A DNA stretch of 64,000 nt from assembly GCA_963793335.1 (NCBI GenBank), contig CAWBZS010000012.1, positions 31,428 through 95,427 of the forward strand. The letters are read 5' to 3'. Below, one piece after another: positions 1-9,766 of this stretch. This DNA comes from Ilumatobacteraceae bacterium. Lineage in GTDB: Bacteria; Actinomycetota; Acidimicrobiia; Acidimicrobiales; Ilumatobacteraceae. A program made the position numbers and the translations under genes. Positions within the stretch are counted from its first letter, which is position 1. Each line of letters starts with the position of its first letter. The notes below the pieces were generated by a model, which was not told where the DNA came from, ran no database searches, and worked only from the letters and a program-made list of their open reading frames with translations.

Positions 1-503
1 GCTTCGCTGAAGGCCGACCCCTGCAATTCCGCAACGCTGACCACCGGTACGGAGTGGCCGAGGAACGGTTCGAATGGCTGAACGTCTCGTGGGGGGTGCG
101 AACGTCGAACCGCCTGGTCGCCGACGGACCAACGCAACACGTTGACGATCTCTCCGCCCAACACGATGCGGTACCCGATCAGTCCGTGCTCGGCCGGTGT
201 GAGGCCGGTGGTGATCGACGTCAAGGCGGTTGCCGTGGTGGTCGGCGCGACGGTGTGGATCGGGCCGCCGACCATCGCCGACACCGTTGGCATCATCGAT
301 CGATGATCCTGCAGTTGATCCCAACCCAAACCATCGAGCACGAGCAGGACCACCGCGTGCGACGACGCAACCGGATCAGGGACCCACGAGGGCAAGCCGG
401 ATGACCAGCTGGTGGGGCCGAGCAGCGCCGGGATGATGCCGCGCACGTTCGCGCCGGCATAGTCGGGAATGATCGGTCCGCCCTCGGCAACGCTGGAGGT
501 CAC
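1..503 (-). CDS. alkaline phosphatase superfamily protein (nucleotide pyrophosphatase/phosphodiesterase-like), N-terminal part; gene runs off the window start
   Basis: Hand translation of the minus strand from GTG at 501-503 is open down to position 1: VTSSVAEGGPIIPDYAGANVRGIIPALLG...VVLLVLDGLGWDQL...HTVAPTTTATALTSITTGLTPAEHGLIGY. These motifs are typical of the AP-superfamily metal/nucleophile region. An in-frame TGA lies 4 codons upstream of the GTG. It is absent from the ORF track because the window edge truncates it. Confidence 0.6.
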   Translation of the reverse strand, partial: MTSSVAEGGPIIPDYAGANVRGIIPALLGPTSWSSGLPSWVPDPVASSHAVVLLVLDGLGWDQLQDHRSMMPTVSAMVGGPIHTVAPTTTATALTSITTGLTPAEHGLIGYRIVLGGEIVNVLRWSVGDQAVRRSHPPRDVQPFEPFLGHSVPVVSVAELQGSAFSE

Positions 504-591
504 CGATGCAGTCCATCACGTCGACGGGTCGGAGGACAAGCAGAGCACACCGAAGCTGGTCGGTGCCCGATGAGTGACTATCGTCGCCAAC

Positions 592-1026
592 GTGCGCATA
601 TCGACACGGGGTGACTACGCCTGCCGGGCGTTGCTGTCACTTGCGCTGCACGCAGACTCGGGTGGCCCGACGTCGGTGCGTGACATCGCCGAACGCACCG
701 CACTCCCCCAGCCCTACCTCGAACAGATCCTCCTCGCGCTCAAGGGGGCCGGGCTCGTCAAGTCGAAACGCGGCGTGGGCGGTGGGTATGTCCTGGCGCG
801 CGACCCCGTCGACATCAGGCTCTCGGAGATCGTGTCGGCGGTCGACGGGCCGATCACGCTCGGCGACTTCGGCCAGCCGCATCAGGACGGTGCGTGCGAC
901 CACGAAGGGCAGTGCGTGCTGCTCGGCATCTGGAACCAGGCAGGCGACCACATGCGCGTGTACCTCGAGGGCTTCACGCTCGCCGGCATCGCCGCGATCG
1001 CCCGCGGCGACGCCCCATGGCCCTAG
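592..1026 (+). CDS. Rrf2 family transcriptional regulator
   Basis: VRISTRGDYACRALLSLA...SVRDIAERTALPQPYLEQILLALKGAGLVKSKRGVGGGYVLAR is the classic Rrf2 wHTH. The ORF-track start at 574 is a GTG. I prefer the in-frame GTG at 592 because Rrf2 proteins normally begin M-R-I-S-T-(K/R)-G. Confidence 0.8.
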   Translation: MRISTRGDYACRALLSLALHADSGGPTSVRDIAERTALPQPYLEQILLALKGAGLVKSKRGVGGGYVLARDPVDIRLSEIVSAVDGPITLGDFGQPHQDGACDHEGQCVLLGIWNQAGDHMRVYLEGFTLAGIAAIARGDAPWP

Positions 1027-1769
1027 ACGACGCACAGATGCCGGACCCGGACGACTCGCCACCAACCACCGCGAGCACGCCCGACCGACGGCTGGCCGGT
1101 TCGTGGGAGCCCGCCGACGTGGGGTCCGCAGCGGAACTCGCCGATCGCCGTGCCGCAGTGGCCGAACTCGGCGATGCGCTGCGCGACGTGACCTCACGGG
1201 CGATCGGTAGTGAGGCGTCGGTCGAGACGCTTCGGCGCGTTGCCGGAGATGCCCGCCTCCTGGCAGCGACGCTCGCCGAGCAGCAACGCCAGCTCGAGAC
1301 ACCTCCGAGCGTCGACGACCTCAGCCGCGGTCAGCGCCTGTTCAACCCGGTCGTCGGAGCCGGCAACCCAGTGGCTCCGCCCATGCGAGTCGACATCGTC
1401 GACGGTGCTGCAATCGGTACGTGCACACTCGACTGGCGCTACGAAGGCCCGTTCACGTTCGCCCACGGCGGGATCAGTGCGCTGCTCCTCGACCAGATCA
1501 TGGGCTACGCCGCGGCAGCGGCCGGGCACCCCGGTGTGACCGGTCGGCTCCAGGTGCGCTACCGCTCGACGGTACCGCTCGACCAGCCGCTCCGGCTCGA
1601 GGCCTCGCTGATCGATGTGCTGGGCGTGCGAGCCGCCGTGCGGGGCTCGATCAGCCTCGCAACGGCGCCGCGAACTGCGCTCGTCGAGGCCGAGGCGAGC
1701 TTCCTCGCCCTCCGTCCCGAGCAAGCTGCTCGCCTGTTCGGCGGTCTCGGTCGCCACCGGGAAGCGTGA
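1017..1769 (+). CDS. PaaI/hotdog-fold thioesterase family protein
   Basis: The C-terminal half GPFTFAHGGISALLLDQIMGYAAAAAG...GRLQVRYRSTVPL resembles the PaaI-type hotdog core. The ATG at 1017 (MALDDAQ) is in frame with ORF 894..1769 and overlaps the Rrf2 stop by 10 nt. Confidence 0.6.
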   Translation: MALDDAQMPDPDDSPPTTASTPDRRLAGSWEPADVGSAAELADRRAAVAELGDALRDVTSRAIGSEASVETLRRVAGDARLLAATLAEQQRQLETPPSVDDLSRGQRLFNPVVGAGNPVAPPMRVDIVDGAAIGTCTLDWRYEGPFTFAHGGISALLLDQIMGYAAAAAGHPGVTGRLQVRYRSTVPLDQPLRLEASLIDVLGVRAAVRGSISLATAPRTALVEAEASFLALRPEQAARLFGGLGRHREA

Positions 1770-1778
1770 ACGCCGGAG

Positions 1779-2699
1779 TCAGACAGCAGCGGCAGCGAGC
1801 CACGCCTCGAGGTCTGGCGCCAACGGACTCCGGAATGTGACGCGCTCGCCGGATGCCGGGTGATCGAAGGCGAGTTCGGCCGCGTGCAGGAACGGCCGGT
1901 CGAGCCCGAGATTCGAACGACGCTGGCCGTAGGTCGGGTCGCCGATCAGCGGATGACCGATCGATGCGAGATGCACCCGAATCTGGTGCGTTCGACCGGT
2001 TTCGAGTCGGCATTCGAGTCGCGAGACGAGCGCTGGAGCCGAGTAGGTGCCGACGACGCGGTAGTCGGTGCGCGCCGGCCGGCCGCCCGTGACCACCGCC
2101 ATCCGCAACGGATCGCCTCGATCGCGACCGATCGGTGCGTCGATGATCCCGTGCGGCGCGTCGGGCACCCCCCACACCATGGCGTCGTATCGGCGGGTGG
2201 CACTGTGGTTGGCGAACTGCTCGATCAGGAACTCAGCGGCGGCGTCGGTGCGCGCCACCACCAGGAGACCGGAGCTCCCTGCGTCCAGTCGGTGAACGAT
2301 TCCTGGTCGCACCGGGTCTCCGCCCACACCCAGCAGGTCGGGAAAGCGTGCGAGCAGGCCGCTCACCAACGTCCCGTCGAGGTTTCCTGCGCCTGGGTGC
2401 ACGACGAGGCCGGCTGGCTTGTCCACGACGATGACCGAGTCGTCTTCATAGACCACACCGAAGTCGACCGCACCGTCTGCGGTTGGGAGCGGCTTGGCGG
2501 GAACGGCCGACGGGTCGACCTCGACGATCTGCCCCTCGGTGAGGCGCACCTTGCCAGACGCGGCAGGGGCATCGTCGACGCGTACACCGCCGGCTTCGAT
2601 CGTGGCCGCAGCTTCCGCCCGGCTCAGATCACCGATCAGCGCCACGACACGGTCGAGTCGCTGGCCAGCCAGTGCCGACGGTACGGCCTCCCTGATCAC
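1779..2699 (-). CDS. rluD: RluA-family 23S rRNA pseudouridine synthase (RluD-like)
   Basis: HRLDAGSSGLLVVART and GRTHQIRVHLASIGHPLIGDPTYG motifs follow an N-terminal S4-like segment. The GTG start at 2697-2699 overlaps the lspA stop (GTGA), so the ORF-track start at 2846 is an over-extension. Confidence 0.85.
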   Translation of the reverse strand: MIREAVPSALAGQRLDRVVALIGDLSRAEAAATIEAGGVRVDDAPAASGKVRLTEGQIVEVDPSAVPAKPLPTADGAVDFGVVYEDDSVIVVDKPAGLVVHPGAGNLDGTLVSGLLARFPDLLGVGGDPVRPGIVHRLDAGSSGLLVVARTDAAAEFLIEQFANHSATRRYDAMVWGVPDAPHGIIDAPIGRDRGDPLRMAVVTGGRPARTDYRVVGTYSAPALVSRLECRLETGRTHQIRVHLASIGHPLIGDPTYGQRRSNLGLDRPFLHAAELAFDHPASGERVTFRSPLAPDLEAWLAAAAV

Positions 2700-3226
2700 T
2701 GCGCGGCTCCGTCGTCGCCGACCGCAACCTCTTCGGGCTCGCGGGGCGCATGGCGTGCCGCCCGAGCGCTGAGAATGCTGCTCAGAATCAGCAGGCCGGC
2801 ACCGATGTTGATCGACATGTCCGCGATGTTGAAGATCGGGAACCACTGCAAGTCGATGAAGTCGACCACCGCACCCTGGAGGAACCCGTCGTCACCTCGG
2901 AACAGCCGGTCGATCAGGTTGCCAGCGGCACCGCCGATCAGCAGCCCCATGCCCCAGGTACTCATCGTGCTCGACTCGGTGCGCAGCGTGACGAGCAGAT
3001 AGACGATCACGAGCGTCGCAAGAACCGCAATGAACGGCCCGAGTCCCTGGCCCTGCCCGAACGCCATTCCGTTGTTGAACGCAAGATTCAGCTGAAGGGT
3101 CCAGAACAGCTCGATCTCGCGATCGGTTCCCAGTGACGTGACCGCCCAGTGTTTCGTGAGCTGGTCGAGCACGACGACGACGAGCGCGATCGCCACCGGC
3201 GCCCGCCATGCTCGAAGCGCGGGCAT
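2696..3226 (-). CDS. lspA: lipoprotein signal peptidase (signal peptidase II)
   Basis: Four hydrophobic segments, with LDQLTKHW, FNNGMAFG and FNIADMSINIGA motifs. It occupies the conserved position next to rluD and ileS. Confidence 0.85.
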   Translation of the reverse strand: MPALRAWRAPVAIALVVVVLDQLTKHWAVTSLGTDREIELFWTLQLNLAFNNGMAFGQGQGLGPFIAVLATLVIVYLLVTLRTESSTMSTWGMGLLIGGAAGNLIDRLFRGDDGFLQGAVVDFIDLQWFPIFNIADMSINIGAGLLILSSILSARAARHAPREPEEVAVGDDGAAQ

Positions 3227-3229
3227 GAC

Positions 3230-4264
3230 TCAGCGCGGGCCGACGCCGCTGACCTTCTCTGCTGCGAGCACCGTGGTTTCCGGCAGGGCCTCGAGACGCT
3301 CGCGCGAAATCGGCAGCCCGGACACCTCGGAGTAGCCGTAGGTGCCGGCCTCGATTCGAGCCAACGCTGCATCGATCTCGAGGATGGTCTGACGGGCCTG
3401 GGTCGACAGCACCCGGTCGAGGTCTCGTTGCACGACCATCGTGTCTCCCTCGCCACCCTCGTCGTCGAATTGGACATCGCCCATCTCGCCGTCCTCGATG
3501 ATGCTGGTCGCTTCGTCTTCGAGCCGGGTCGCCCGCGCCAATTCGGCAGCACGGCGAGCGAGTAGCTCCTCCCGCTGCGCTTTGAGAAACTTGACATCGA
3601 AGTCCTTGGTGTAGGCGATGCCGTCTTTGGTGTGCCCGCGCGGGGCTGGAATGTCGACGCGTGCGAACGTCGCGTTCGACAGCAACGACGGCACGGCGTC
3701 GGGCTTGTTCGGCCGTCCGCGCCGAGGTGCCGGCATCGTACGCGACGACCGGCCTGATGGAGTCTTGTCTGCCACGGAGTTCTTTGCTCGAGCCTTCTTG
3801 GTCGGGGGTGTGCTTGCGGGGGCCTTCTTGGCTGAGGCCTTCGTTGCCGGCGTCTTCTTCGCTGCAGCCTTCTTGGCTGGGGCCTTCTTGGCTGGGGCCT
3901 TCTTCGCCGGAGTCTTCTTCGCCGGAGTCTTCTTCGCCGGAGTCTTCTTCGCCGGAGTCTTCTTCGCCGGAGTCTTCTTCGCCGGAGTCTTCTTCGCCGG
4001 AGTCTTCTTCGCCGGGGCCTTCTTCGGGCCTTCTTGGCGGGCCTTCTTGGCTGGGGTCTTCTTCGCCGGAGCTTCTTCGGCCTTCTTGCCGGAGCCTTCT
4101 TGCGGGGCCTTCTTGGCTGGGGCCTTCTTGGCTGGGGCCTTCTTGGCTGGGGCCTTCTTGGCTGGGGCCTTCTTCGCCGGAGCCTTCTTGGCCGCAGCCT
4201 TCTTCGCCGGGGCCCGCTTCGCAGCGGACGAGCTGGCGGAACTGGACTTCTTCGATGCGGCCAT
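3230..4264 (-). CDS. DksA/TraR-like protein lacking the Cys4 zinc finger, with a long N-terminal Lys/Ala/Pro histone-like repeat tail
   Basis: The C-terminus has a coiled-coil region followed by [44 protein letters not shown]. This matches the DksA/TraR finger layout (CxxC...RL.A.P....C..C) but with all four Cys replaced. About 190 N-terminal residues are (A/P)AKK(A/T)P repeats. Confidence 0.6.
   Translation of the reverse strand: MAASKKSSSASSSAAKRAPAKKAAAKKAPAKKAPAKKAPAKKAPAKKAPAKKAPQEGSGKKAEEAPAKKTPAKKARQEGPKKAPAKKTPAKKTPAKKTPAKKTPAKKTPAKKTPAKKTPAKKAPAKKAPAKKAAAKKTPATKASAKKAPASTPPTKKARAKNSVADKTPSGRSSRTMPAPRRGRPNKPDAVPSLLSNATFARVDIPAPRGHTKDGIAYTKDFDVKFLKAQREELLARRAAELARATRLEDEATSIIEDGEMGDVQFDDEGGEGDTMVVQRDLDRVLSTQARQTILEIDAALARIEAGTYGYSEVSGLPISRERLEALPETTVLAAEKVSGVGPR
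3898..4017 (-). repeat. in-frame tandem array of a 15-bp unit (plus strand TCTTCTTCGCCGGAG, encoding AKKTP on the minus strand), 8 copies of which 6 are perfect
   Basis: Read directly: perfect units at 3913-3927, 3928-3942, 3943-3957, 3958-3972, 3973-3987 and 3988-4002, flanked by 1-2-mismatch units at 3898-3912 and 4003-4017. A related 15-bp unit CCTTCTTGGCTGGGG recurs at about 3868-3897 and 4108-4170. Confidence 0.9.
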
Positions 4265-4306
4265 GTGAGATCCTCCGTGGCGGTGTGAGCGCCGGACTCT
4301 AGCGGA

Positions 4307-7300
4307 TCAGCCGTCCGACGCGGCGCCCATCACCACGATCGTCGGTTCGACCTCGATCCCACCGTCGACCAGATCGGTGCGCACCGCTACCGCCAGCGTT
4401 TCGGACGCGATCAGCGCCTCATGAGCAACCGCGGCTGCATGCCAGGGTTCGCTCGCAACGATCGAGAGTTCGATTCGGTCGGACACGTCGAGCCCGGCCT
4501 CGCGGCGGGCCTGCTGGACCAAGCGGACCAGATCGCGTGCGCGACCCTCGATCTCCAGTTCCTCGGTGACATCGACGTCGAGTGCGATCACCCCCGAGTG
4601 ATGACCCAACTGCGCGCTCGCCTTGTCGTCGGAGGCCACGAGCTCGAGCGTGTACTCACCGGGCTCGAGCTGCACCGATCCGACCGTGACCGTGTTGCCG
4701 TCGACCGACCAATCGCCGGCCTTGTGAGCCCGGATCACCTGCTGGACGTCCTTGCCGAGGCGGGGGCCGAGCTTCGCCGGCACGAGTTGCAAACGCTCAC
4801 TGGCAACCGACGCAACATCGTTCGTCAACTCCACCTGACGGACGTTCACCTCGTCGGCGATCACGTCCACGAAGTCGGCGAGGCGGTCCGCGTCGTCGGC
4901 GGCGATGGTGACGCTGTTGAGTGGGAGACGAACACGCCGTTGATGCGACTTTCGAACCGACAACGTCGCCGAACAGACATCTCGAACGAGGTCCATGGTG
5001 TCGACGAGGTCGGCGTCGGCAGGCAGTGCGTCGGCAGTGGGCCACGCGGTGAGATGCACACTCTCGGCCTGACCGGTGCCGTGCAGACCACTGTGGATCT
5101 CCTCCGCCACGAGCGGCAGCAACGGTGCGGCCACCTGGGTCAGCACCGACAGCACCGTGTGCAGCGTGTCGATCGCGTCGTGATCGCCCTCCCAGAAGCG
5201 GTCGCGGCTCCGACGCACGTACCAGTTCGTCAGCACGTCGAGGTAGTCGCGCACCACCTGGCACGCCCCGAAGAGGTCGAACCCGTCGAGGGTGTCGGTC
5301 ATGTCGACGACGAGCTCACGAGTCTTGGCCAGCACGTACCGGTCGAGGACGTTCGTCGAGTCGGTCCGCGTCACCCCCTGATGACCCGCGGCATTCGCGT
5401 ACAGCGTGAGGAAGTACCACGAGTTCCACAACGGCAACAACACATGGCGAACGGTGTCGCGCATGCCCTCCTCGGTCACCATTCCGTCACCACCGCGAAG
5501 GATCGACGACGACAACAGATGCCAGCGCATCGCATCAGCGCCGTGCGTGTCGAACATTTCCCGAGGGTCGGGGTAGTTGTTCAGGCTCTTGGACATCTTT
5601 CGACCATCGTCGCCCAACACGTTTCCGTGGCTCACACAGTTCGAGAACGCCGGCCGGTCGAACAGCGCAGTGGCCAGGACGTGCAGCGTGTAGAACCAGC
5701 CTCTGGTCTGGCCGATGTACTCCACGATGAAGTCGCCTGGGTAGTGGTGCTCGAACCAGTCCTGGTTCTCGAACGGATAGTGCACCTGCGCAAACGGCAT
5801 CGAGCCCGACTCGAACCAGCAGTCGAGCACCTCGGGCACGCGCCGCATCGTCGACGCGCCGGTCGGATCGTTGGGGTTCGGTCGTACGAGATGATCGACT
5901 TCGGGCCGGTGGAGGTTGTCGACCGTCACTCCGAAGTCTGCTTCGAGTTCAGCGATCGAGCCGTACACATCCGTGCGCGGGTACGTCGGGTCGTCCGATT
6001 GCCAGACCGGGATCGGCGATCCCCAGAATCGGTTTCGACTGATCGACCAATCGCGGGCGTTCTCGAGCCACTTGCCGAAGCTCCCCTCCTTGATGTGCGC
6101 TGGCTGCCACGTGATCTCCTGGTTCAGTTCGACCATGCGATCTCTGAACTTGGTGACCTCGACGAACCAGGAAGAGATCGCCCGGTACACCAGCGGCTGC
6201 GCACAGCGCCAGCAGTGAGGGTAGGGATGGTCATAGGTGGCATGGCGCACGACGACGCCGCGCTCCTTGAGCTCCCGGATCACGAGCGGGTTGGCATCGA
6301 ACACGTGGGTGCCAGCCCACTCTGCGACCTCAGCGGTGTACTGGCCGTGCTCGTCCATCGGACAGATCGTCGGGATTCCGGCGGCGTTTGCGACCAGCTG
6401 GTCGTCCTCGCCGAACCCCGGTGCGAGGTGCACGATGCCGGTGCCATCGTCGGTCGACACGAAGTCGGCCTCCAACACCTGGAATGCGTTCGGCGTGCCC
6501 GCGAAGTAGTCGAACAGCGGGCGATACGTTCTGCCCACCAACTCGCTGCCCTTGATGGCGTCCACCGCGACTGCCTCGCCAAGCTCGGCGGCGTAGTTGG
6601 CGAACAGCGCCTCGGCGATGATGTAGCGCGTCCCGTCGAGTTCGACCACGAGGTAGTCGATGTCGGCGCCAACGGCGAGGGCCAGGTTCGATGGCAACGT
6701 CCATGGCGTCGTCGTCCAGGCCAACATGCGTTCACCGGTGTCGAGTTCGAAGCCGACGGTGAGCGCCGGGTCCTGACGGTCCCGGTACACGTCATCCATT
6801 CGGGTCTCGGTGTTGCTGAGCGGGGTCTCGCACCGCCAGCAGTAGGCGATCACACGAAACCCTTCGTAGATCAAGCCCTTCTCCCAGAGCGTCTTGAACG
6901 CCCACATCACGCTTTCCATGTACGACAGGTCGAGGGTCTTGTAGTCGTTGTCGAAGTCGACCCACCTGGCCTGTCTGGTGACGTACTCGCGCCAGTCGTC
7001 GGTGTACTGAAGCACGCTGGTGCGGCACGCGTCGTTGAATCGGTCGATGCCGAACGCGGTGATCTCCGGGTGGCCCGAGATGCCGAGTTCCTGCTCGGCC
7101 TTCACCTCGGCAGGCAAGCCATGACAGTCCCAACCGAATCGTCGCTCGACGCGACGTCCTCGCATCGTCTGGTACCGCGGGATCGCATCCTTGACGTAGC
7201 CGGTGAGCAGATGGCCATAGTGCGGCAGCCCGTTGGCGAACGGGGGGCCATCGTAGAAGACGAATTCGTTCGAGCCGTGCTCGCCCGCATCGTGTTGGTC

Positions 7301-7399
7301 GACCGACGCTTGGAACGTGTCGTCCTTGGCCCACCGCGCGAGGATCTCCTCTTCGAGGCGAGGGAAGTTCGGCCGGGGGTCGACGTCTGGGTAGGCCAC
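4307..7399 (-). CDS. ileS: isoleucine--tRNA ligase
   Basis: 1030 aa with the class I signatures PHYGHLLTG (HIGH) and KMSKS, and an editing-domain-sized insertion. GTG start at 7397-7399. Confidence 0.95.
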   Translation of the reverse strand: MAYPDVDPRPNFPRLEEEILARWAKDDTFQASVDQHDAGEHGSNEFVFYDGPPFANGLPHYGHLLTGYVKDAIPRYQTMRGRRVERRFGWDCHGLPAEVKAEQELGISGHPEITAFGIDRFNDACRTSVLQYTDDWREYVTRQARWVDFDNDYKTLDLSYMESVMWAFKTLWEKGLIYEGFRVIAYCWRCETPLSNTETRMDDVYRDRQDPALTVGFELDTGERMLAWTTTPWTLPSNLALAVGADIDYLVVELDGTRYIIAEALFANYAAELGEAVAVDAIKGSELVGRTYRPLFDYFAGTPNAFQVLEADFVSTDDGTGIVHLAPGFGEDDQLVANAAGIPTICPMDEHGQYTAEVAEWAGTHVFDANPLVIRELKERGVVVRHATYDHPYPHCWRCAQPLVYRAISSWFVEVTKFRDRMVELNQEITWQPAHIKEGSFGKWLENARDWSISRNRFWGSPIPVWQSDDPTYPRTDVYGSIAELEADFGVTVDNLHRPEVDHLVRPNPNDPTGASTMRRVPEVLDCWFESGSMPFAQVHYPFENQDWFEHHYPGDFIVEYIGQTRGWFYTLHVLATALFDRPAFSNCVSHGNVLGDDGRKMSKSLNNYPDPREMFDTHGADAMRWHLLSSSILRGGDGMVTEEGMRDTVRHVLLPLWNSWYFLTLYANAAGHQGVTRTDSTNVLDRYVLAKTRELVVDMTDTLDGFDLFGACQVVRDYLDVLTNWYVRRSRDRFWEGDHDAIDTLHTVLSVLTQVAAPLLPLVAEEIHSGLHGTGQAESVHLTAWPTADALPADADLVDTMDLVRDVCSATLSVRKSHQRRVRLPLNSVTIAADDADRLADFVDVIADEVNVRQVELTNDVASVASERLQLVPAKLGPRLGKDVQQVIRAHKAGDWSVDGNTVTVGSVQLEPGEYTLELVASDDKASAQLGHHSGVIALDVDVTEELEIEGRARDLVRLVQQARREAGLDVSDRIELSIVASEPWHAAAVAHEALIASETLAVAVRTDLVDGGIEVEPTIVVMGAASDG

Positions 7400-7451
7400 G
7401 CCACGATGCTACCGACGGGTCGGGACGGCCGGACCGACGGCGAGGCCGCAG

Positions 7452-8417
7452 TCAGCGACGATCGTCGTCGAACGAGAACAGGATCTCGCCGCCGTTGTCG
7501 CTCGTGTCCTTGCCGTGGTCGGCGCCGTCGTCGTCTCGGGGGGTGACCGCAATCGCCTCGGTGGGGTCGTCAGCGGTGCTCGCCGCAGGTGCGTCGGCCA
7601 GATCCGCAACGATCAGCAGGTCGTTCGACGGGGCGATGGAGGATTCGGTCGGCTCGGCGGCTTCGTCGAGCGATCCCAGACCCGTCGTGTCGTCGTCACC
7701 GAAGGCGTCCAGCTCTCCGGTGTCGTCGTCGATGGTGCTGCTGGCATCGGTGTCGCCGGCGTCGCTGGCGTCGACGTCGTCGTCATCCGACGCCGACAAC
7801 AGCGGCGGACGCACGGCGGCAAGCCCCCCGGGCACACGCTCCGCGATGTCGACCAGTGCGGTCGCTGATTCGCGCAACCGAGACCGCTGGTCGGCGAGGA
7901 ACATCTCGAGCTGCTCCACATCTGATTCGAGGAAGTCTCGACGCGCCTTGAGCGCATCGACCTCGCCGGACACCGTGATGCGTTCGGCTTCGCCCGCCTG
8001 CCGTGCCGCCGTTCGGGCCTCGTCCAGCAGCTGTGCTGCCATCTCGCGAGACGAATCGAGGGTCGACGTCGCTTCGGAGTTGGCCGCCTGCACGATCCGG
8101 GCAGCTTCCGAGCGGGCGTCGGCGACGGTGCTGTCGGCCGTGCGTTGCGCGAGCAACAGGGTCCGGCTGATCGTCTCCGACTCGTCGACCGAGACCTCCG
8201 GAGCCGCCGCAGGTTCGGGCGTTCCGGCACGCTCGGTGACCTCCTTCAACCGAGCCACCGCAGCCCGAGCGCGGGCCTCCATCGCAGCCGACTCGTTCTG
8301 TGCTCGCTCGAGTTCGTCGGCGACTTCACCGAGAAATGCTTGGATCTCCTCGGGGTCGGCGCCCTTGCGAACCGTCTTGAACGAAGCGGTGCGCACGCTC
8401 TGTGGACTCATCTCCAT
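7452..8417 (-). CDS. divIVA: DivIVA domain cell-division/polar growth protein with acidic C-terminal tail
   Basis: The N-terminus MSPQSVRTASFKTVRKGADPEEIQAFLGEVADELE is the DivIVA lipid-binding domain, followed by coiled coil. Its position after sepF is conserved. Confidence 0.85.
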   Translation of the reverse strand: MEMSPQSVRTASFKTVRKGADPEEIQAFLGEVADELERAQNESAAMEARARAAVARLKEVTERAGTPEPAAAPEVSVDESETISRTLLLAQRTADSTVADARSEAARIVQAANSEATSTLDSSREMAAQLLDEARTAARQAGEAERITVSGEVDALKARRDFLESDVEQLEMFLADQRSRLRESATALVDIAERVPGGLAAVRPPLLSASDDDDVDASDAGDTDASSTIDDDTGELDAFGDDDTTGLGSLDEAAEPTESSIAPSNDLLIVADLADAPAASTADDPTEAIAVTPRDDDGADHGKDTSDNGGEILFSFDDDRR

Positions 8418-8459
8418 GGGATCTCTCCTCTGTCGGGCCGAACCGTCGAACGGTGGCAG

Positions 8460-9053
8460 CTAGTCGTCGTAGTCGTCAAAGCGAGCCGGACGTTGGCTGG
8501 GCGGCTTCAAGAGATAGACGCCCGTCGCAACCTTCTCCATCGACCCGTCGAGCGAGTAGCAGATGCCACTTGCGAAGTCGATCAACCGACGGGCGACGTC
8601 GCGCTCGGTCCCTTCGAGGTTCATGATGACCGGCTGGCCATCTTTGAACTTGTCGGCGACCTCCTGTGCCTGATCGAACCGGCGCGGCCGGACGGTGTGG
8701 GGTTCCATGTTTCCTCCAGGCACGGTGCGAAGGGTGGGCGTGGGCGGCGCGGCAGGACGGACCTGCACACCCGAATCGTCGGTTCGGCCGTTGGGTGCCC
8801 GACGGGCCGCCGAGGCGTCGAAGTCTCGCGATGGGAAACTCTGCCGGGCCGGCACTGCACGCACCGTCGCTTCCTCCTCCGGTTCCCACCCGCGCTGGTC
8901 GCGCCCGGCGGATGGCCCGGTCGAACGAGGGTCGGGCTCACGGGGCGCGCGCGAACGCGGCGCTGGCTCGGCCTCGTCAAAGCCGTCGTAATCGTCATAT
9001 GCGTCGTCGGGACCAAGGCCGAGGTAGTCCATGGTCCGCTTCCAGAGTGACAT
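8460..9053 (-). CDS. sepF: cell division protein SepF
   Basis: The N-terminus MSLWKRTMDYLGLG is the membrane-targeting helix. The C-terminal core is RPRRFDQAQEVADKFKDGQPVIMNLEGTERDVARRLIDFASGICYSL. The ATG at 9051-9053 is preferred over the ORF-track start at 9119. Confidence 0.85.
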   Translation of the reverse strand: MSLWKRTMDYLGLGPDDAYDDYDGFDEAEPAPRSRAPREPDPRSTGPSAGRDQRGWEPEEEATVRAVPARQSFPSRDFDASAARRAPNGRTDDSGVQVRPAAPPTPTLRTVPGGNMEPHTVRPRRFDQAQEVADKFKDGQPVIMNLEGTERDVARRLIDFASGICYSLDGSMEKVATGVYLLKPPSQRPARFDDYDD

Positions 9054-9115
9054 GCATTCCTCCTGCGGGGCGCAGGATAGCCCAGCCCAGCCCCGACGAG
9101 GTGGACACGCGAGGC

Positions 9116-9766
9116 TCATCTGGTTGTAGGGCGCTCACCGAACAGCGCCGTGCCGAGGCGGACCTCGGTGGCACCCTCTTGCACGGCAACCTCCAGATCG
9201 CCGCTCATGCCCATCGAGCACACCATGAGGCCGAGTCGATCCACGAGGTGGCGCACCAGGCGAAACCCCGCTCGCGCGTGCTCCGGCGGTGCTCCGGTCG
9301 GGCCAACGGTCATCAGGCCGACCACGTCGAGTCCGGCCGCGCGAGCGCGTTCGACGTAGAGCGGCACGTCCTCGACCGTGCAGCCTCCCTTGGCCGGGTC
9401 GCCGGTGGTGTCGACCTGCACGAGCACGCGGGCGCCTGGGGCGCGCTTGGCCACCTCGTCGATCACCGAGGGGCGGTCGAGACTGCACCACACATCGACG
9501 AGCCCCACGAGCTGCCTCACCTTGTTGCGTTGGAGGCGTCCAATGAAGTGCACCTCCGGCCGGAGCCGCTCGACGGTGTCGCGCTTCGCAACGAGCTCCT
9601 GGGCGTAGCTCTCGCCGATGGCGTCACAGCCGGACTCGACGGCTGCCTCGATCGCCCACGCACCGAAGCCCTTGGTGACACCCACGAGGCCGACGGGATC
9701 GGTCGAGGACCGCTCGACGGCAGCGATTCGTCGACGGACCGCGTCCACCCGGTCCTGCGTGGTCAC
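9116..9766 (-). CDS. yggS: YggS-family pyridoxal phosphate homeostasis protein
   Basis: Motifs VGVTKGF (PLP lysine), HFIGRLQRNKV and SMGMSGDLEVAVQEGATEVRLGTALFG. The GTG at 9764-9766 overlaps the pgeF stop (GTGA). Confidence 0.85.
   Translation of the reverse strand: MTTQDRVDAVRRRIAAVERSSTDPVGLVGVTKGFGAWAIEAAVESGCDAIGESYAQELVAKRDTVERLRPEVHFIGRLQRNKVRQLVGLVDVWCSLDRPSVIDEVAKRAPGARVLVQVDTTGDPAKGGCTVEDVPLYVERARAAGLDVVGLMTVGPTGAPPEHARAGFRLVRHLVDRLGLMVCSMGMSGDLEVAVQEGATEVRLGTALFGERPTTR

Noticed and set aside
504-591. The CGTCGACG palindrome (near 518-525) as an Rrf2 operator in the divergent spacer.
   Set aside because: An 8-bp GC-rich palindrome is expected by chance in this composition. There is no extended dyad symmetry.
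3790-4215. A short-period direct repeat array that could be mistaken for a CRISPR array or satellite.
   Set aside because: The unit is 15 bp with no spacers, it is in frame, and it lies inside a CDS. It is a coding pentapeptide repeat, not a CRISPR array.
3618-4302. Plus-strand ORFs encoding FFAGV / SSSPE repeat proteins.
   Set aside because: They are the antisense reading of the AKKxP repeat tract. The minus-strand frame continues into a recognisable DksA-like C-terminus and fits the ileS-lspA synteny.
4421-7546. A 1041-aa plus-strand ORF, plus similar very long ORFs such as 1860..3002, 21814..23940, 26151..28034, 36550..38241, 45175..47403 and 57489..59264.
   Set aside because: Each lies antisense or out of frame to a gene with unmistakable family motifs (ileS, rluD/lspA, ftsI, the EEP gene, arc, acyl-CoA ligase, the DUF4157 protein). 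Their translations are Arg/Gly/His/Asp-rich low-complexity strings, which is typical of open antisense frames in high-GC DNA.
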